Assembly (NCBI GenBank): GCA_028278135.1 | Contig: JANQEW010000029.1 | Span: 316,889-340,888, forward strand | Reading direction: 5' to 3' | DNA length: 24,000 nt | Source of the DNA: Rhodospirillales bacterium | Lineage (GTDB): Bacteria; Pseudomonadota; Alphaproteobacteria; Rhodospirillales; Rhodospirillaceae | In this document: positions 7,645 through 16,852 of the stretch, piece by piece | Position numbering within the stretch: position 1 is the first letter of the stretch | Layout of the letters: every line of letters begins with the position of its first letter | Translations under genes and position numbers: made by a program | Notes under the pieces: model-generated | The model's input: the letters and a program-made list of their open reading frames with translations, nothing else | Told to the model about the DNA's origin: nothing | The model's database searches: none

Positions 7645-8876
7645 ACGATCATTGGAATAGCAATCATTACAAGAATCCATTATCTTTGGCCCAGGCTTTA
7701 ATTCGTTGTCAGACTGTAACTCCTACTAGTAGTAGTAACGCTCTTGATACGCTGGAAAGAGCCCTACAGACATTAGGTTTCCTGACATGGCGAGTCCCCT
7801 TTCCAAGGACTGGCCCGCCAGAGGTAGATAATCTATATGCTCGCTTGGGCACAAAAGGGCGTAACTTTTGCTTTGCTGGTCATGTTGATGTCGTGCCACC
7901 TGGTCCAGGATGGACGGTGGACCCGTTTGCGGCCACAGTGGTCAATTCACACCTATTCGGACGTGGCGCTGTTGATATGAAAGGGGCAATTGCTTGCTTT
8001 GTTGCAGCAGTCGCTCGAATCCTAGGGTGTCAGAAGAATCTGCCTGGCTCAGTGAGTCTCTTGATCACGGGTGACGAAGAAGGGGTTGCTCTTCACGGCA
8101 CGCGTAGGGTCCTTTCTTGGTTGCACGAGCATGAGGAGAAATTAGATGCCTGCTTGGTGGGAGAACCAACTAATCCCCACTCTCTCGGTGAGATGATTAA
8201 GATAGGGCGTCGTGGGAGTCTCAATGCTCAGCTACACGTGTTTGGGCTGCAGGGACATGTTGCCTACCCGCATCTTGCTGATAACCCCCTTGACCGCTTA
8301 TTAAGCATGCTTATGGCATTGCGCTCTTATCCTCTCGATAACGGTTCAGCACATTTCCAGCCTTCTACTCTGACTCTCACCAATTTCGACGTGGGGAACT
8401 CCTCACCAAATGTTATCCCGGCCGAGGCTAGAGCGGCCTTCAACATAAGATTCAACGATAGACAGACAGGAGAGGGTCTCAAGCGTTGGATTCGTTCGTG
8501 CTGTGATTCTATAGGGGGACGATATGCACTGACATGTACCGTAAGTGGCGAGCCCTTTTTGACGGCACCGGGGCAGTTGACGCACGTCGTACACAAAGCT
8601 GTTCATGAGGTGACTGGCCACACCCCTGTGCTCTCTACCTCGGGCGGGACGTCTGATGCCCGTTTCATCCAGACAGTCTGCCCAGTTGTTGAGTTTGGTT
8701 TGGTTGGGCGGACTATGCACAAGAAAGATGAATCAACGTCTCTTGCTGATCTGGAGGTGCTCACGGAAATATACCAGCATGTACTGGAGGGCTATTTTGC
8801 CAATTCCCCCTCCGCCAAGTACGTACCCAGTACGTACAAAGAGCCACAAGAAAGAGCTGGTAGAGATAGAGAATAG
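7641..8876 (+). CDS. dapE: Succinyl-diaminopimelate desuccinylase DapE (M20 peptidase family)
   Basis: M20 metal-binding motifs: [30 protein letters not shown]. Its ATG overlaps the dapD TGA as ATGA at 7641-7644. Confidence 0.9.
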   Translation: MNDHWNSNHYKNPLSLAQALIRCQTVTPTSSSNALDTLERALQTLGFLTWRVPFPRTGPPEVDNLYARLGTKGRNFCFAGHVDVVPPGPGWTVDPFAATVVNSHLFGRGAVDMKGAIACFVAAVARILGCQKNLPGSVSLLITGDEEGVALHGTRRVLSWLHEHEEKLDACLVGEPTNPHSLGEMIKIGRRGSLNAQLHVFGLQGHVAYPHLADNPLDRLLSMLMALRSYPLDNGSAHFQPSTLTLTNFDVGNSSPNVIPAEARAAFNIRFNDRQTGEGLKRWIRSCCDSIGGRYALTCTVSGEPFLTAPGQLTHVVHKAVHEVTGHTPVLSTSGGTSDARFIQTVCPVVEFGLVGRTMHKKDESTSLADLEVLTEIYQHVLEGYFANSPSAKYVPSTYKEPQERAGRDRE

Positions 8877-8918
8877 AGAACGCAGAACGCCCCACCCCCA
8901 TTTTCCGCCAGCAATTCC

Positions 8919-9371
8919 CTAGGAGCGTTTTCTGAGCCGCCAGCGTTGTCCAGCCTGCTGCCAGTAAAATACCACAAAACCAGAATCCTTACAGGCCCGC
9001 CAACGTCTGTACGCACCAGCCACGGCCACTGGGTCGTTACCGTCGAACAGATCCAGACAACGCCAATACTGAGCCTTATGAGAGGAATCCATACCATCTA
9101 TGAGAATCAGAATGTCTGCTTTGTTGGGGTTCTCATCTGCCGTTGTGAGCCAAATGGGCTGCCGCGTCGGATAACCGTCAGCAAGACTACCATGTGGTAA
9201 CCAGGAAGCCGGAGTATACGTCCACAAAATCGCCGTCAGCGTTTCAACGCGCGCAGGCGATCCTGAGAGCAACACCGCCCGATGCTTGGCGCTGTGTACC
9301 TTTGCGAGAAGTGATGGCAAAGCTCGTTCCAGAGACAACGTTTTCAGGTGGTAAAAATCAACGCGCGTCAT
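8919..9371 (-). CDS. holC: DNA polymerase III chi subunit
   Basis: VDFYHL...LERALPSLLAK...RAVLL...LWTY...WLPHG...QPIWLT...LFDGND matches the chi-subunit pattern. The start is placed at the ATG at 9371 (MTRVDFYHL); the track start is 9404. Confidence 0.82.
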   Translation of the reverse strand: MTRVDFYHLKTLSLERALPSLLAKVHSAKHRAVLLSGSPARVETLTAILWTYTPASWLPHGSLADGYPTRQPIWLTTADENPNKADILILIDGMDSSHKAQYWRCLDLFDGNDPVAVAGAYRRWRACKDSGFVVFYWQQAGQRWRLRKRS

Positions 9372-9442
9372 TTCTCTTAAAACACCATCATGAACGCATA
9401 CCAACCTGCTTGGGTAGGTTTTCTACGGCAACAACCCTACCT

Positions 9443-9471
9443 ACTTCTCACTTCTACTTCTGTTCACTTCT
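9443..9471. repeat. Four copies of ACTTCT (AGAAGT on the minus strand) spanning the ppdK stop codon
   Basis: Read directly at 9443-9448, 9450-9455, 9456-9461 and 9466-9471. Confidence 0.85.
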
Positions 9472-12175
9472 GACTCTCATCCCTTGCACCGAGAGCTGCT
9501 TGAGCGGCGGCGAGCCGGGCAATAGGCACACGAAATGGCGAGCAAGACACATAGTCCAAACCAGCCTTCTGACAGAACATTATAGAGTCCGGATCCCCTC
9601 CATGCTCACCGCAAATGCCAAGTTTGAGGTCCGCACGTGTCTGACGGCCACGTTCAGCAGCCATTCTGACTAACTCCCCCACACCATCTGTGTCTAGAGT
9701 AGCGAACGGGTCCTTTTCATAAATATTCTGAGCCCTATAAATCTCCAAAAATGGGGCTGAATCATCACGTGACATGCCGAGCGTAGTCTGTGTGAGATCA
9801 TTTGTGCCAAAGCTGAAGAACTCTGCACAATCTGCAATTTCATTTGCACGTAATGCTGCCCGCGGTAATTCTATCATAGTGCCAATTTGATACTGAAAGG
9901 TTGTGCCAGCCGCCTTGCAGACCGCATCTGCTGTTTTAACAATAATGTTCTTGGTCAGCTCTAATTCTTTGCGTGTCCCAACAAGTGGAACCATAATTTC
10001 TGGAATCACTGGCTGGCCGCCTTTCTTGGTAACTTCAATCGCCCCCTCAAAAATAGCCCGAGCCTGGATCTCATAGATTTCAGGATATGTAATACCTAAA
10101 CGACAACCGCGATGCCCCAACATCGGGTTAGCTTCATGCAACTGAGTATTCCGCTCCCTCACTGTAGAAGGTTCAAGGCCGGCCGCTTTGGCGACGTCCA
10201 CGATTTCCGCATCAGTATGTGGCAGAAATTCATGGAGCGGTGGATCTAACAAGCGAACGGTCACCGGCAGACCTTGCATAATTGTGAATAAGTCAATGAA
10301 ATCCTGCCGCTGAAAGGGCAGAAGCTTCATAAGAGCAGTACGTCGTCCACCTTCATCCTTTGCAAGAATCATCTCGCGCACTGCAATGATTCTGTTTGGT
10401 TCGAAAAACATATGTTCTGTCCGGCACAGCCCAATCCCTTCAGCCCCAAAATGACGGGCTGTGGCGGCGTCTGCTGGTGTTTCTGCATTGGCACGTACTT
10501 TCATCGTCCTGAGCGAATCAGCCCACTCCATAAGCGTACTGAAGTCACCCGTCAGCTTTGGTTGGATCATGGGCACAGCCCCAAGCATCACCTCCCCTGT
10601 CGAACCGTCGATAGTGACGACATCACCTTCCTTGACCGTAAGATTCTTCTCCGTGAGAAAAAGATGATCTTTATAATTGACAGAAACATCTCCAGCACTC
10701 GCTACACATGGCGTTCCCATACCGCGAGCAACAACAGCGGCATGACTTGTCATACCCCCCCTGGTGGTCAGAATACCTTCAGAGACATGCATACCGCCAA
10801 TATCTTCTGGACTTGTCTCCACACGCACTAAAATCACCTTCTTGCCAGCTTTAACCCATGCCTCCGCATCTTCAGCGCTAAAGACAACCTGTCCAGAAGC
10901 CGCCCCTGGAGAGGCGGGTAGACCATGAGCAATAATGCTTTTCTGAGCATGAGGATCGATAGTCGGATGCAGAAGCTGATCAAGAGCTGTTGGATCAACA
11001 CGCTGGACCGCTTCTTTTCTCGTGATCAGTCCTTCCTTGGCCATCTCAACAGCAATTTTCAAGGCAGCTTTTGCTGTGCGCTTCCCAACACGAGTCTGTA
11101 ACATCCACAACCGACCCTGCTGTATTGTAAATTCCATATCTTGCAGATCACGGTAATGGCCTTCTAACTTGCCGCGGATGTCGTACAATTGCCCGTAGAG
11201 CTCAGGCATTGTCTCTTCCATTGAAAGAAGAGAAGAATCTTGTTTATTACGACCAGCAAGAGTTATCTGCTGTGGCGTACGGATACCAGCGACTACGTCC
11301 TCACCCTGAGCATTGACTAAGTATTCACCATAAAAGGCATTTTCTCCTGTTGCAGGATCACGGCTGAAGCAGACTCCGGTGGCGCTCTTTTGCCCCATGT
11401 TACCGAAGACCATGCACTGCACGTTAACAGCCGTTCCCCAACTTTCTGGGATTTCGTTCAGCCGGCGATAAGTCATCGCCCGCTGGTTCATCCAGCTGCT
11501 AAAGACAGCGCTAATTGCACCCCAAAGTTGATAATGCACCTCTTGCGGGAAAGGCAAACCAAGTTCCTCTTGCACTCTTGCTTTATACCGTTCGACAATG
11601 AGCTGCCAATCACTAGCGAAAAGATCTGTATCGAGCTTATAACCTTTTTCATCCTTTAGATGTTGAAGAAGTGCTTCAAAGTTGTGTTGACTGATATCAA
11701 GAACAACATTAGAGTACATTTGAATAAAGCGCCGATAACTATCCCAGGCAAACCGCTCATCATTAGAGCGCCGAGCCAACCCCTGAACTGTCGTGTCATT
11801 GAGTCCCAAGTTGAGAATGGTATCCATCATCCCTGGCATAGATGCTCGTGCGCCAGAGCGAACGGAGAGAAGCAGCGGGTTATCAGCATCGCCGAATTGC
11901 ATGCCCATGATTTTTTCAAGACCGGATAAAGCAGCTGTTACCTGTCTCTCAAGGTCTTCAGGGTATGTCCTCCCATGCGCGTAGTAATACGTACAGACAT
12001 CAGTCGTAATGGTAAACCCTGGTGGCACAGGTAGCCCTAAACCAGCCATCTCTGCCAAGTTAGCGCCCTTACCACCCAGCAGATTTTTCATTTTTGCTGA
12101 TCCTTCGGCGCTGCCGCCACCAAAGGTGTATACCCACTTTTTTATGGCCCCGTCGTCCTTCATAGCCCCTGTCAC
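9464..12175 (-). CDS. ppdK: Pyruvate, phosphate dikinase
   Basis: KWVYTFGGG..LLGGKGANLAEM, catalytic-His loop GGMTSHAAVVARGMG, and C-terminal CGEHGGDP. Length about 900 aa. The start is either the GTG at 12175 (overlapping the glyS TGA) or the ATG at 12163. Confidence 0.95.
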   Translation of the reverse strand: MTGAMKDDGAIKKWVYTFGGGSAEGSAKMKNLLGGKGANLAEMAGLGLPVPPGFTITTDVCTYYYAHGRTYPEDLERQVTAALSGLEKIMGMQFGDADNPLLLSVRSGARASMPGMMDTILNLGLNDTTVQGLARRSNDERFAWDSYRRFIQMYSNVVLDISQHNFEALLQHLKDEKGYKLDTDLFASDWQLIVERYKARVQEELGLPFPQEVHYQLWGAISAVFSSWMNQRAMTYRRLNEIPESWGTAVNVQCMVFGNMGQKSATGVCFSRDPATGENAFYGEYLVNAQGEDVVAGIRTPQQITLAGRNKQDSSLLSMEETMPELYGQLYDIRGKLEGHYRDLQDMEFTIQQGRLWMLQTRVGKRTAKAALKIAVEMAKEGLITRKEAVQRVDPTALDQLLHPTIDPHAQKSIIAHGLPASPGAASGQVVFSAEDAEAWVKAGKKVILVRVETSPEDIGGMHVSEGILTTRGGMTSHAAVVARGMGTPCVASAGDVSVNYKDHLFLTEKNLTVKEGDVVTIDGSTGEVMLGAVPMIQPKLTGDFSTLMEWADSLRTMKVRANAETPADAATARHFGAEGIGLCRTEHMFFEPNRIIAVREMILAKDEGGRRTALMKLLPFQRQDFIDLFTIMQGLPVTVRLLDPPLHEFLPHTDAEIVDVAKAAGLEPSTVRERNTQLHEANPMLGHRGCRLGITYPEIYEIQARAIFEGAIEVTKKGGQPVIPEIMVPLVGTRKELELTKNIIVKTADAVCKAAGTTFQYQIGTMIELPRAALRANEIADCAEFFSFGTNDLTQTTLGMSRDDSAPFLEIYRAQNIYEKDPFATLDTDGVGELVRMAAERGRQTRADLKLGICGEHGGDPDSIMFCQKAGLDYVSCSPFRVPIARLAAAQAALGARDESQK

Positions 12176-14235
12176 CCCTTGATTTTTGCAAAATCCGCCA
12201 CTGTTCCCATCACAGTCCCAACATGAGATAACAGCCTGAGGCGGTTTTCTTTCAGTCTGGAATTGTCACTGTTAATCTTGACACACTCAAAAAAGGTATC
12301 TATGGGCGCACGTAGTTGTGACAAAGTTCGCAAGGCATCGTCAAACCGTTCCGCCTTTACTGCATCGTTGCAGCTCTTTGTAACCGTCACGAGCTGTGAC
12401 TCTAGCGCACGTTCTGCACTCTCACCCAGCAGAGTCACATCCACAGGCTCTCTATAGGAGGCGAGCCTGTTTTTATTTTCCTCTCTGCGGACAATACTCA
12501 TTGCTCTACGATGAGCTATAAGAAGATTCATGCCATCTTGTGTCTCTATAAAATGCGCCAATGCATCTACTCTGGATGACAAACGTACCAGATCATCATC
12601 TTCTCCAGATTCCAACACGGCCGCAATAATGTCATGTCGCACACCCTTTTCCTGTAAGTGTGCCTTTAAACGGTCAGTAAAAAAGCGCAGCAGGGAGCGA
12701 ACATCAAAAACCCCAGCGCTACGGTACAGGGAAGCTGCTTTTCTAAATATTACAAACAATGGTACACGCAGTCCATTTTCAATAATCAGCCGCATTCCAG
12801 TCAGCACTGCCCGTCGTAGGGCAAAGGGATCCTTAGAGCCCGTCGGTTTCTCATCGAGAATCCAGAAGCCTATGAGGGTGTCAATCCTGTCAGCTAAAGC
12901 CACACATACACTTACGGGTGCTGATGGGCAAGAATCACTCTGTCCCAATGGCCGATAATGCTCGGCAATGGCATTGTACACCTCCTGTACTGCCCCATCC
13001 CTCCAAGCGTAGTAACGGCCCATAATACCCTGTAGCTCGGGAAACTCACCTACCATGCCAGTGGCCAGATCCGCTTTCGCTAACAACACCGCCTGGTCTA
13101 CAAGAGGCAGAGGCGCTGCGGGCATACACTCCGCCACCACAGCGGCCAGCTTACGCATTCTTCCTACCTTATCCGCTAAAGTACCAAGCCTAGCATGGAA
13201 AATGCATTCTGTCAGCTTGTTACCCCAATGCCGAAGAGGCTGACAACTGTCCTGTTCCCAGAACAACTTAGCATCCGCCAACCGCGCCTGCAGCACCCGT
13301 TCGTTGCCAGCAATGATTAACTGACCGTTATCAGCGGTTTCCGTGTTGGAAACAACTAAAAAATTTGGTGCAAGAGTATCGTCTGCTTCTAACAAAGCTA
13401 AAGCTTTCTGATGAACACGCATAACAGTCATAATTACTTCTTTTGGTATATTCAAAAAATTTTTCTCTATTTTTCCTAAAAGTGTTACTGGCCATTCAAC
13501 TAAACCAGCTATCTCAGCGAAGAGAGAATCATCTGATATGACAGTCAGGCCTTCGGCAGCTGCTATCCCCTCAGCTTGCTCGCGAATACGCTTCACTCTT
13601 TCAGCCGGGTCCAGAATAACATAGGCGTTGCGGAGGCTCTCTTCATAAAAACGGAATGCGCGTACTGGAAACGCCACTGGTGCCAGGAAACGATGCCCCT
13701 CACTCACATTACTGGCTTTCACTCCAGCGAATTGAACTGGCACTGTCCTTTCCTCAAAGAGACAGAGAATACGCCGTATTGGGCGAATCCAGCTTTCGTG
13801 TGTTGAGCCCCAACGCATTGATCTCGACCAAGGAAAGTCCGCTAGTGTCGACTCCACCACCTGCTTGAGGAGTGTGGCTGTCATGCTCCCCTTTTGGTCC
13901 ATGAGAGCGAAATAGAATGCGCCTTTCGGAGTTTGACGAATCTCAGCCTGTGCACGTGTAATCCCGTTTGCCTTAAAAAATCCCTCAATAGCTGAGAGAG
14001 AAGCATTCACATGTGGGCCACGCCGTTCTTTGCGCATAGAAGGGGAAAACATAGGTAAATCAGCAATTACCAGTACAATTCGACGCGGTGTCACGAAGGT
14101 CAAGGCATGATCAGCAACGATCAGCCCGCTCAGGGCAAGACCTGAGCAAACGAGGCGTTTGAGATCATCCGCAGCACGTTTCTGAGAGCAAGAGGGGATT
14201 TCTTCTGAAAGAATCTCCAATATAAATTCTGGCAT
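12172..14235 (-). CDS. glyS: Glycine--tRNA ligase beta subunit
   Basis: N-terminus MPEFILEILSEEIPS, length 687 aa, and it starts 4 nt downstream of the glyQ stop. Confidence 0.95.
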   Translation of the reverse strand: MPEFILEILSEEIPSCSQKRAADDLKRLVCSGLALSGLIVADHALTFVTPRRIVLVIADLPMFSPSMRKERRGPHVNASLSAIEGFFKANGITRAQAEIRQTPKGAFYFALMDQKGSMTATLLKQVVESTLADFPWSRSMRWGSTHESWIRPIRRILCLFEERTVPVQFAGVKASNVSEGHRFLAPVAFPVRAFRFYEESLRNAYVILDPAERVKRIREQAEGIAAAEGLTVISDDSLFAEIAGLVEWPVTLLGKIEKNFLNIPKEVIMTVMRVHQKALALLEADDTLAPNFLVVSNTETADNGQLIIAGNERVLQARLADAKLFWEQDSCQPLRHWGNKLTECIFHARLGTLADKVGRMRKLAAVVAECMPAAPLPLVDQAVLLAKADLATGMVGEFPELQGIMGRYYAWRDGAVQEVYNAIAEHYRPLGQSDSCPSAPVSVCVALADRIDTLIGFWILDEKPTGSKDPFALRRAVLTGMRLIIENGLRVPLFVIFRKAASLYRSAGVFDVRSLLRFFTDRLKAHLQEKGVRHDIIAAVLESGEDDDLVRLSSRVDALAHFIETQDGMNLLIAHRRAMSIVRREENKNRLASYREPVDVTLLGESAERALESQLVTVTKSCNDAVKAERFDDALRTLSQLRAPIDTFFECVKINSDNSRLKENRLRLLSHVGTVMGTVADFAKIKG

Positions 14236-14239
14236 AATC

Positions 14240-15130
14240 CTACGCTCTCTGACGTGTCTGACGACGGCTCAGCCAAGCTTCACAGCAGGCCCTGACAATG
14301 CCACGCACACGGCTTATATAGGCAGCACGTTCAGGAACAGAAAGAACCCCGCGCGCATCGAGTAGGTTAAAGCAGTGCGAAGCCTTCATGCACTGATCGT
14401 AGGCGGGGAAGAGCAACCCCCCTCTTAACAGGACCCAGCATTCCTGCTCGGCATCCTCAAAATGTCGAGAGAGCGTCTTGACATTACTGTACTGAAAATT
14501 GCTAATAGAAAATTCTCTTTCTGATTGATGAAAAATTTCCCCATATGAAACACCGGCTCCGTTAAAATCAATATCGAAAACATTATCCACACCCTGAATA
14601 TGCATTGCCAGGCGTTCCAGACCATAAGTCAACTCAACAGAAACTGGAGCACAGTCTATGCCACCAATCTGTTGAAAATAGGTAAACTGTGTGATTTCCA
14701 TACCATCACACCATACCTCCCACCCTAGGCCCCATGCTCCAAGAGTAGGACTTTCCCAGTCGTCCTCGACAAAGCGGAGATCATGAGCTCTCGGATCTAT
14801 TCCGATGTCGGAAAGGCTTTCTATGTACAGATTCTGGGCTTCGTTTGGAGATGGCTTGAGTAGAACTTGGAACTGGTAGTAATGCTGCAGACGATTCGGA
14901 TTATCCCCGTAGCGCCCATCCGTGGGTCGACGCGAAGGCTGCACATAGGCACATGCCCAAGGCTCCGGACCTAAAGCACGCAAGAGAGTCCCAGGGTGAA
15001 ATGTACCAGCCCCCACCTCCATGTCGTAAGGCTGCAGAATCGTACAACCCCGCTTTGCCCAGAAGACCTGAAGAGCGAGAACAATGGACTGGAAACTTGG
15101 CGTAGGCTTAGTATGGACAACGGAAGCCAT
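14240..15130 (-). CDS. glyQ: Glycine--tRNA ligase alpha subunit
   Basis: [34 protein letters not shown] and the rest of the highly conserved GlyQ sequence. Length 296 aa. Confidence 0.95.
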   Translation of the reverse strand: MASVVHTKPTPSFQSIVLALQVFWAKRGCTILQPYDMEVGAGTFHPGTLLRALGPEPWACAYVQPSRRPTDGRYGDNPNRLQHYYQFQVLLKPSPNEAQNLYIESLSDIGIDPRAHDLRFVEDDWESPTLGAWGLGWEVWCDGMEITQFTYFQQIGGIDCAPVSVELTYGLERLAMHIQGVDNVFDIDFNGAGVSYGEIFHQSEREFSISNFQYSNVKTLSRHFEDAEQECWVLLRGGLLFPAYDQCMKASHCFNLLDARGVLSVPERAAYISRVRGIVRACCEAWLSRRQTRQRA

Positions 15131-15366
15131 TGTGACCTTTCTTCACTCGACTCGACAGCCTAGCGTAGCAGCAGACCGGCGGTCAAGGCCATACTCTGAG
15201 CGCCTGGCAGCTGTTTGCTCGGTGGAATTCTTCGTTAGTTCAATGAAGTCAAAATGACAACACCAGCTTGCTGGGCTGGCTATCTCCTGAGCCATGGAAG
15301 CTTTTAGGGACGTCTCTCTTCTCTCTCATGCGAAAGAGGATTTTTTTGATATTCCTCAATTGTTCT

Positions 15367-16614
15367 CTAATTCAATGGCAAAGATAACAAACCGTCAACT
15401 AGCTTAGGTTCAAACCATGTAGATTTAGGTGGCATGATTTGGCCTGCGTCTGTGACGGCAATGAGCTCCTCAATGCTGGGCGGATATGTCACAAAGGCCG
15501 CAGCCATTTCGCCACTGTTCACTCTTTGCTCAAGTATCCCGAGCCCATGAATGCCCCCAACAAAATCGATACGCTGATCCTGACGCAGATCATGAAGGCC
15601 TAAAATGGGAGAGAGAATACGGTTCGCCAATTGTGTCACGGACAACTGAACCACTGGGTCCGCCGTTTCCAGGATAGGAGCCCAGACGAGACGATACCAC
15701 TGTCCAGGTAAATATAATCCTACTTCGTCACACGAAACAGGCTGTACTGGTTGAGGACAAGGAATAACAGTGCAGGACTCCGCTATCCGAGCAAGGAAGG
15801 CATGCCGAGCAAGCCCATTCAGGTCACAGACGACGCGATTATAATTTAATATTCTCATCTCATTTGTGGGAAAGGATACGACAAGAAAAGAATTGTACAT
15901 CTCATCCCCACGATGGCATGGATTGAGTACTCGGCGAGCTGCCGCAACTTGTGCCGCTGCGGCTGAACGATGGTGACCGTCAGCGATATAGAGTGCTGGC
16001 ATAGTTCTAAATGCGGCCAAAAGCACAGCAATATCAGGCTCTCGAGCCACACGCCAGAGGGTGTGGTGAACGCCGTCATGGAAAATATCTATTAATGGTT
16101 GTGCCATGGTAGTTTGCTCTATGACTTCTGTAATTATCGGTACAGGACGATATGTTGCTAGTACTGGCCCCGTATGGGCATCAACTGCTTTTATCTGATT
16201 GACACGGTCGCTTTCTTTATCTGGACGAGTGAGTTCGTGACGGCGGATTCTACCTGTTTCATACGCTTCTACCGCTGCAGCACCAGAGATTCCTGTTTGA
16301 GTGTGTTCAGTGGTGCTCATACGGTAGACGTAAAAGCAAGCTTGATATTCCCGCACAAGTACACCCATGCTTACAAAGTGCTTTAGGTTCTCCGCTGCTT
16401 TGGCATAAACGGCAGGTGCATAGGCATCTGTCCCATGAGGCAAGTCTATCTCAGCTTTTGAGACATGCAGAAAACTGTATGGTCTGCCCATTACTTGGTG
16501 CCGCGCTTCTTCAGAAGTCAGGACGTCATAAGGCGGCGCTACCACTGCGAGAGCATGAGACGGGGTCGGACGAAGAGCCACGAAAGGCCGTAGGAGAGGA
16601 AGATCAAGGTTCAC
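15367..16614 (-). CDS. DUF1015 family protein (function unknown)
   Basis: LRPFVALRP...VVAPPYDVLTSEEAR...YIADGHHR are signatures I recognise as DUF1015. Length 415 aa. The start is a GTG at 16614 with GGAG about 11 nt upstream. Confidence 0.82.
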   Translation of the reverse strand: MNLDLPLLRPFVALRPTPSHALAVVAPPYDVLTSEEARHQVMGRPYSFLHVSKAEIDLPHGTDAYAPAVYAKAAENLKHFVSMGVLVREYQACFYVYRMSTTEHTQTGISGAAAVEAYETGRIRRHELTRPDKESDRVNQIKAVDAHTGPVLATYRPVPIITEVIEQTTMAQPLIDIFHDGVHHTLWRVAREPDIAVLLAAFRTMPALYIADGHHRSAAAAQVAAARRVLNPCHRGDEMYNSFLVVSFPTNEMRILNYNRVVCDLNGLARHAFLARIAESCTVIPCPQPVQPVSCDEVGLYLPGQWYRLVWAPILETADPVVQLSVTQLANRILSPILGLHDLRQDQRIDFVGGIHGLGILEQRVNSGEMAAAFVTYPPSIEELIAVTDAGQIMPPKSTWFEPKLVDGLLSLPLN

Positions 16615-16852
16615 GGATTTTACTACTCCACTTTACTGTCTTGCCAACCTATTTGGTGCGCTCCCCCCATAGGAGATATGGAGAATAGGACACCTCTCTC
16701 ATCCCCATCAATTTTGCGCACCAGTATATCAATATCATTAAAGAGTAAGACAATTCTACATATATATTTACAATTATTTCTTAGAAGAAAAGATTTCAGA
16801 AAAACAATAATAATTTTTCAAATATATATTCTTAAAAATCAGGGAGAGTATC

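Noticed and set aside
8877-8918. Looked for a bidirectional terminator between the convergent dapE and holC genes
   Set aside because: Only a 7-bp tandem (AGAACGC x2) is present. There is no stem-loop or T-tract that I could support, so no terminator is called.
9194-9673. 159-aa plus-strand ORF
   Set aside because: It is antisense to holC and to the ppdK 3' end, and it has no domain signatures.
10412-10831. 139-aa plus-strand ORF inside ppdK, together with other antisense ORFs in ppdK, glyS and the protease and nitrate-reductase genes
   Set aside because: These are shadow frames within long, highly conserved genes. None has a plausible start context or recognisable sequence.
15143-15295. 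50-codon minus-strand ORF (MAQEIASPASWCCHFDF...) in the glyQ upstream spacer
   Set aside because: No Shine-Dalgarno and no recognisable motif. A frame of this length is expected by chance at this composition. It is kept only as a note under the spacer finding.
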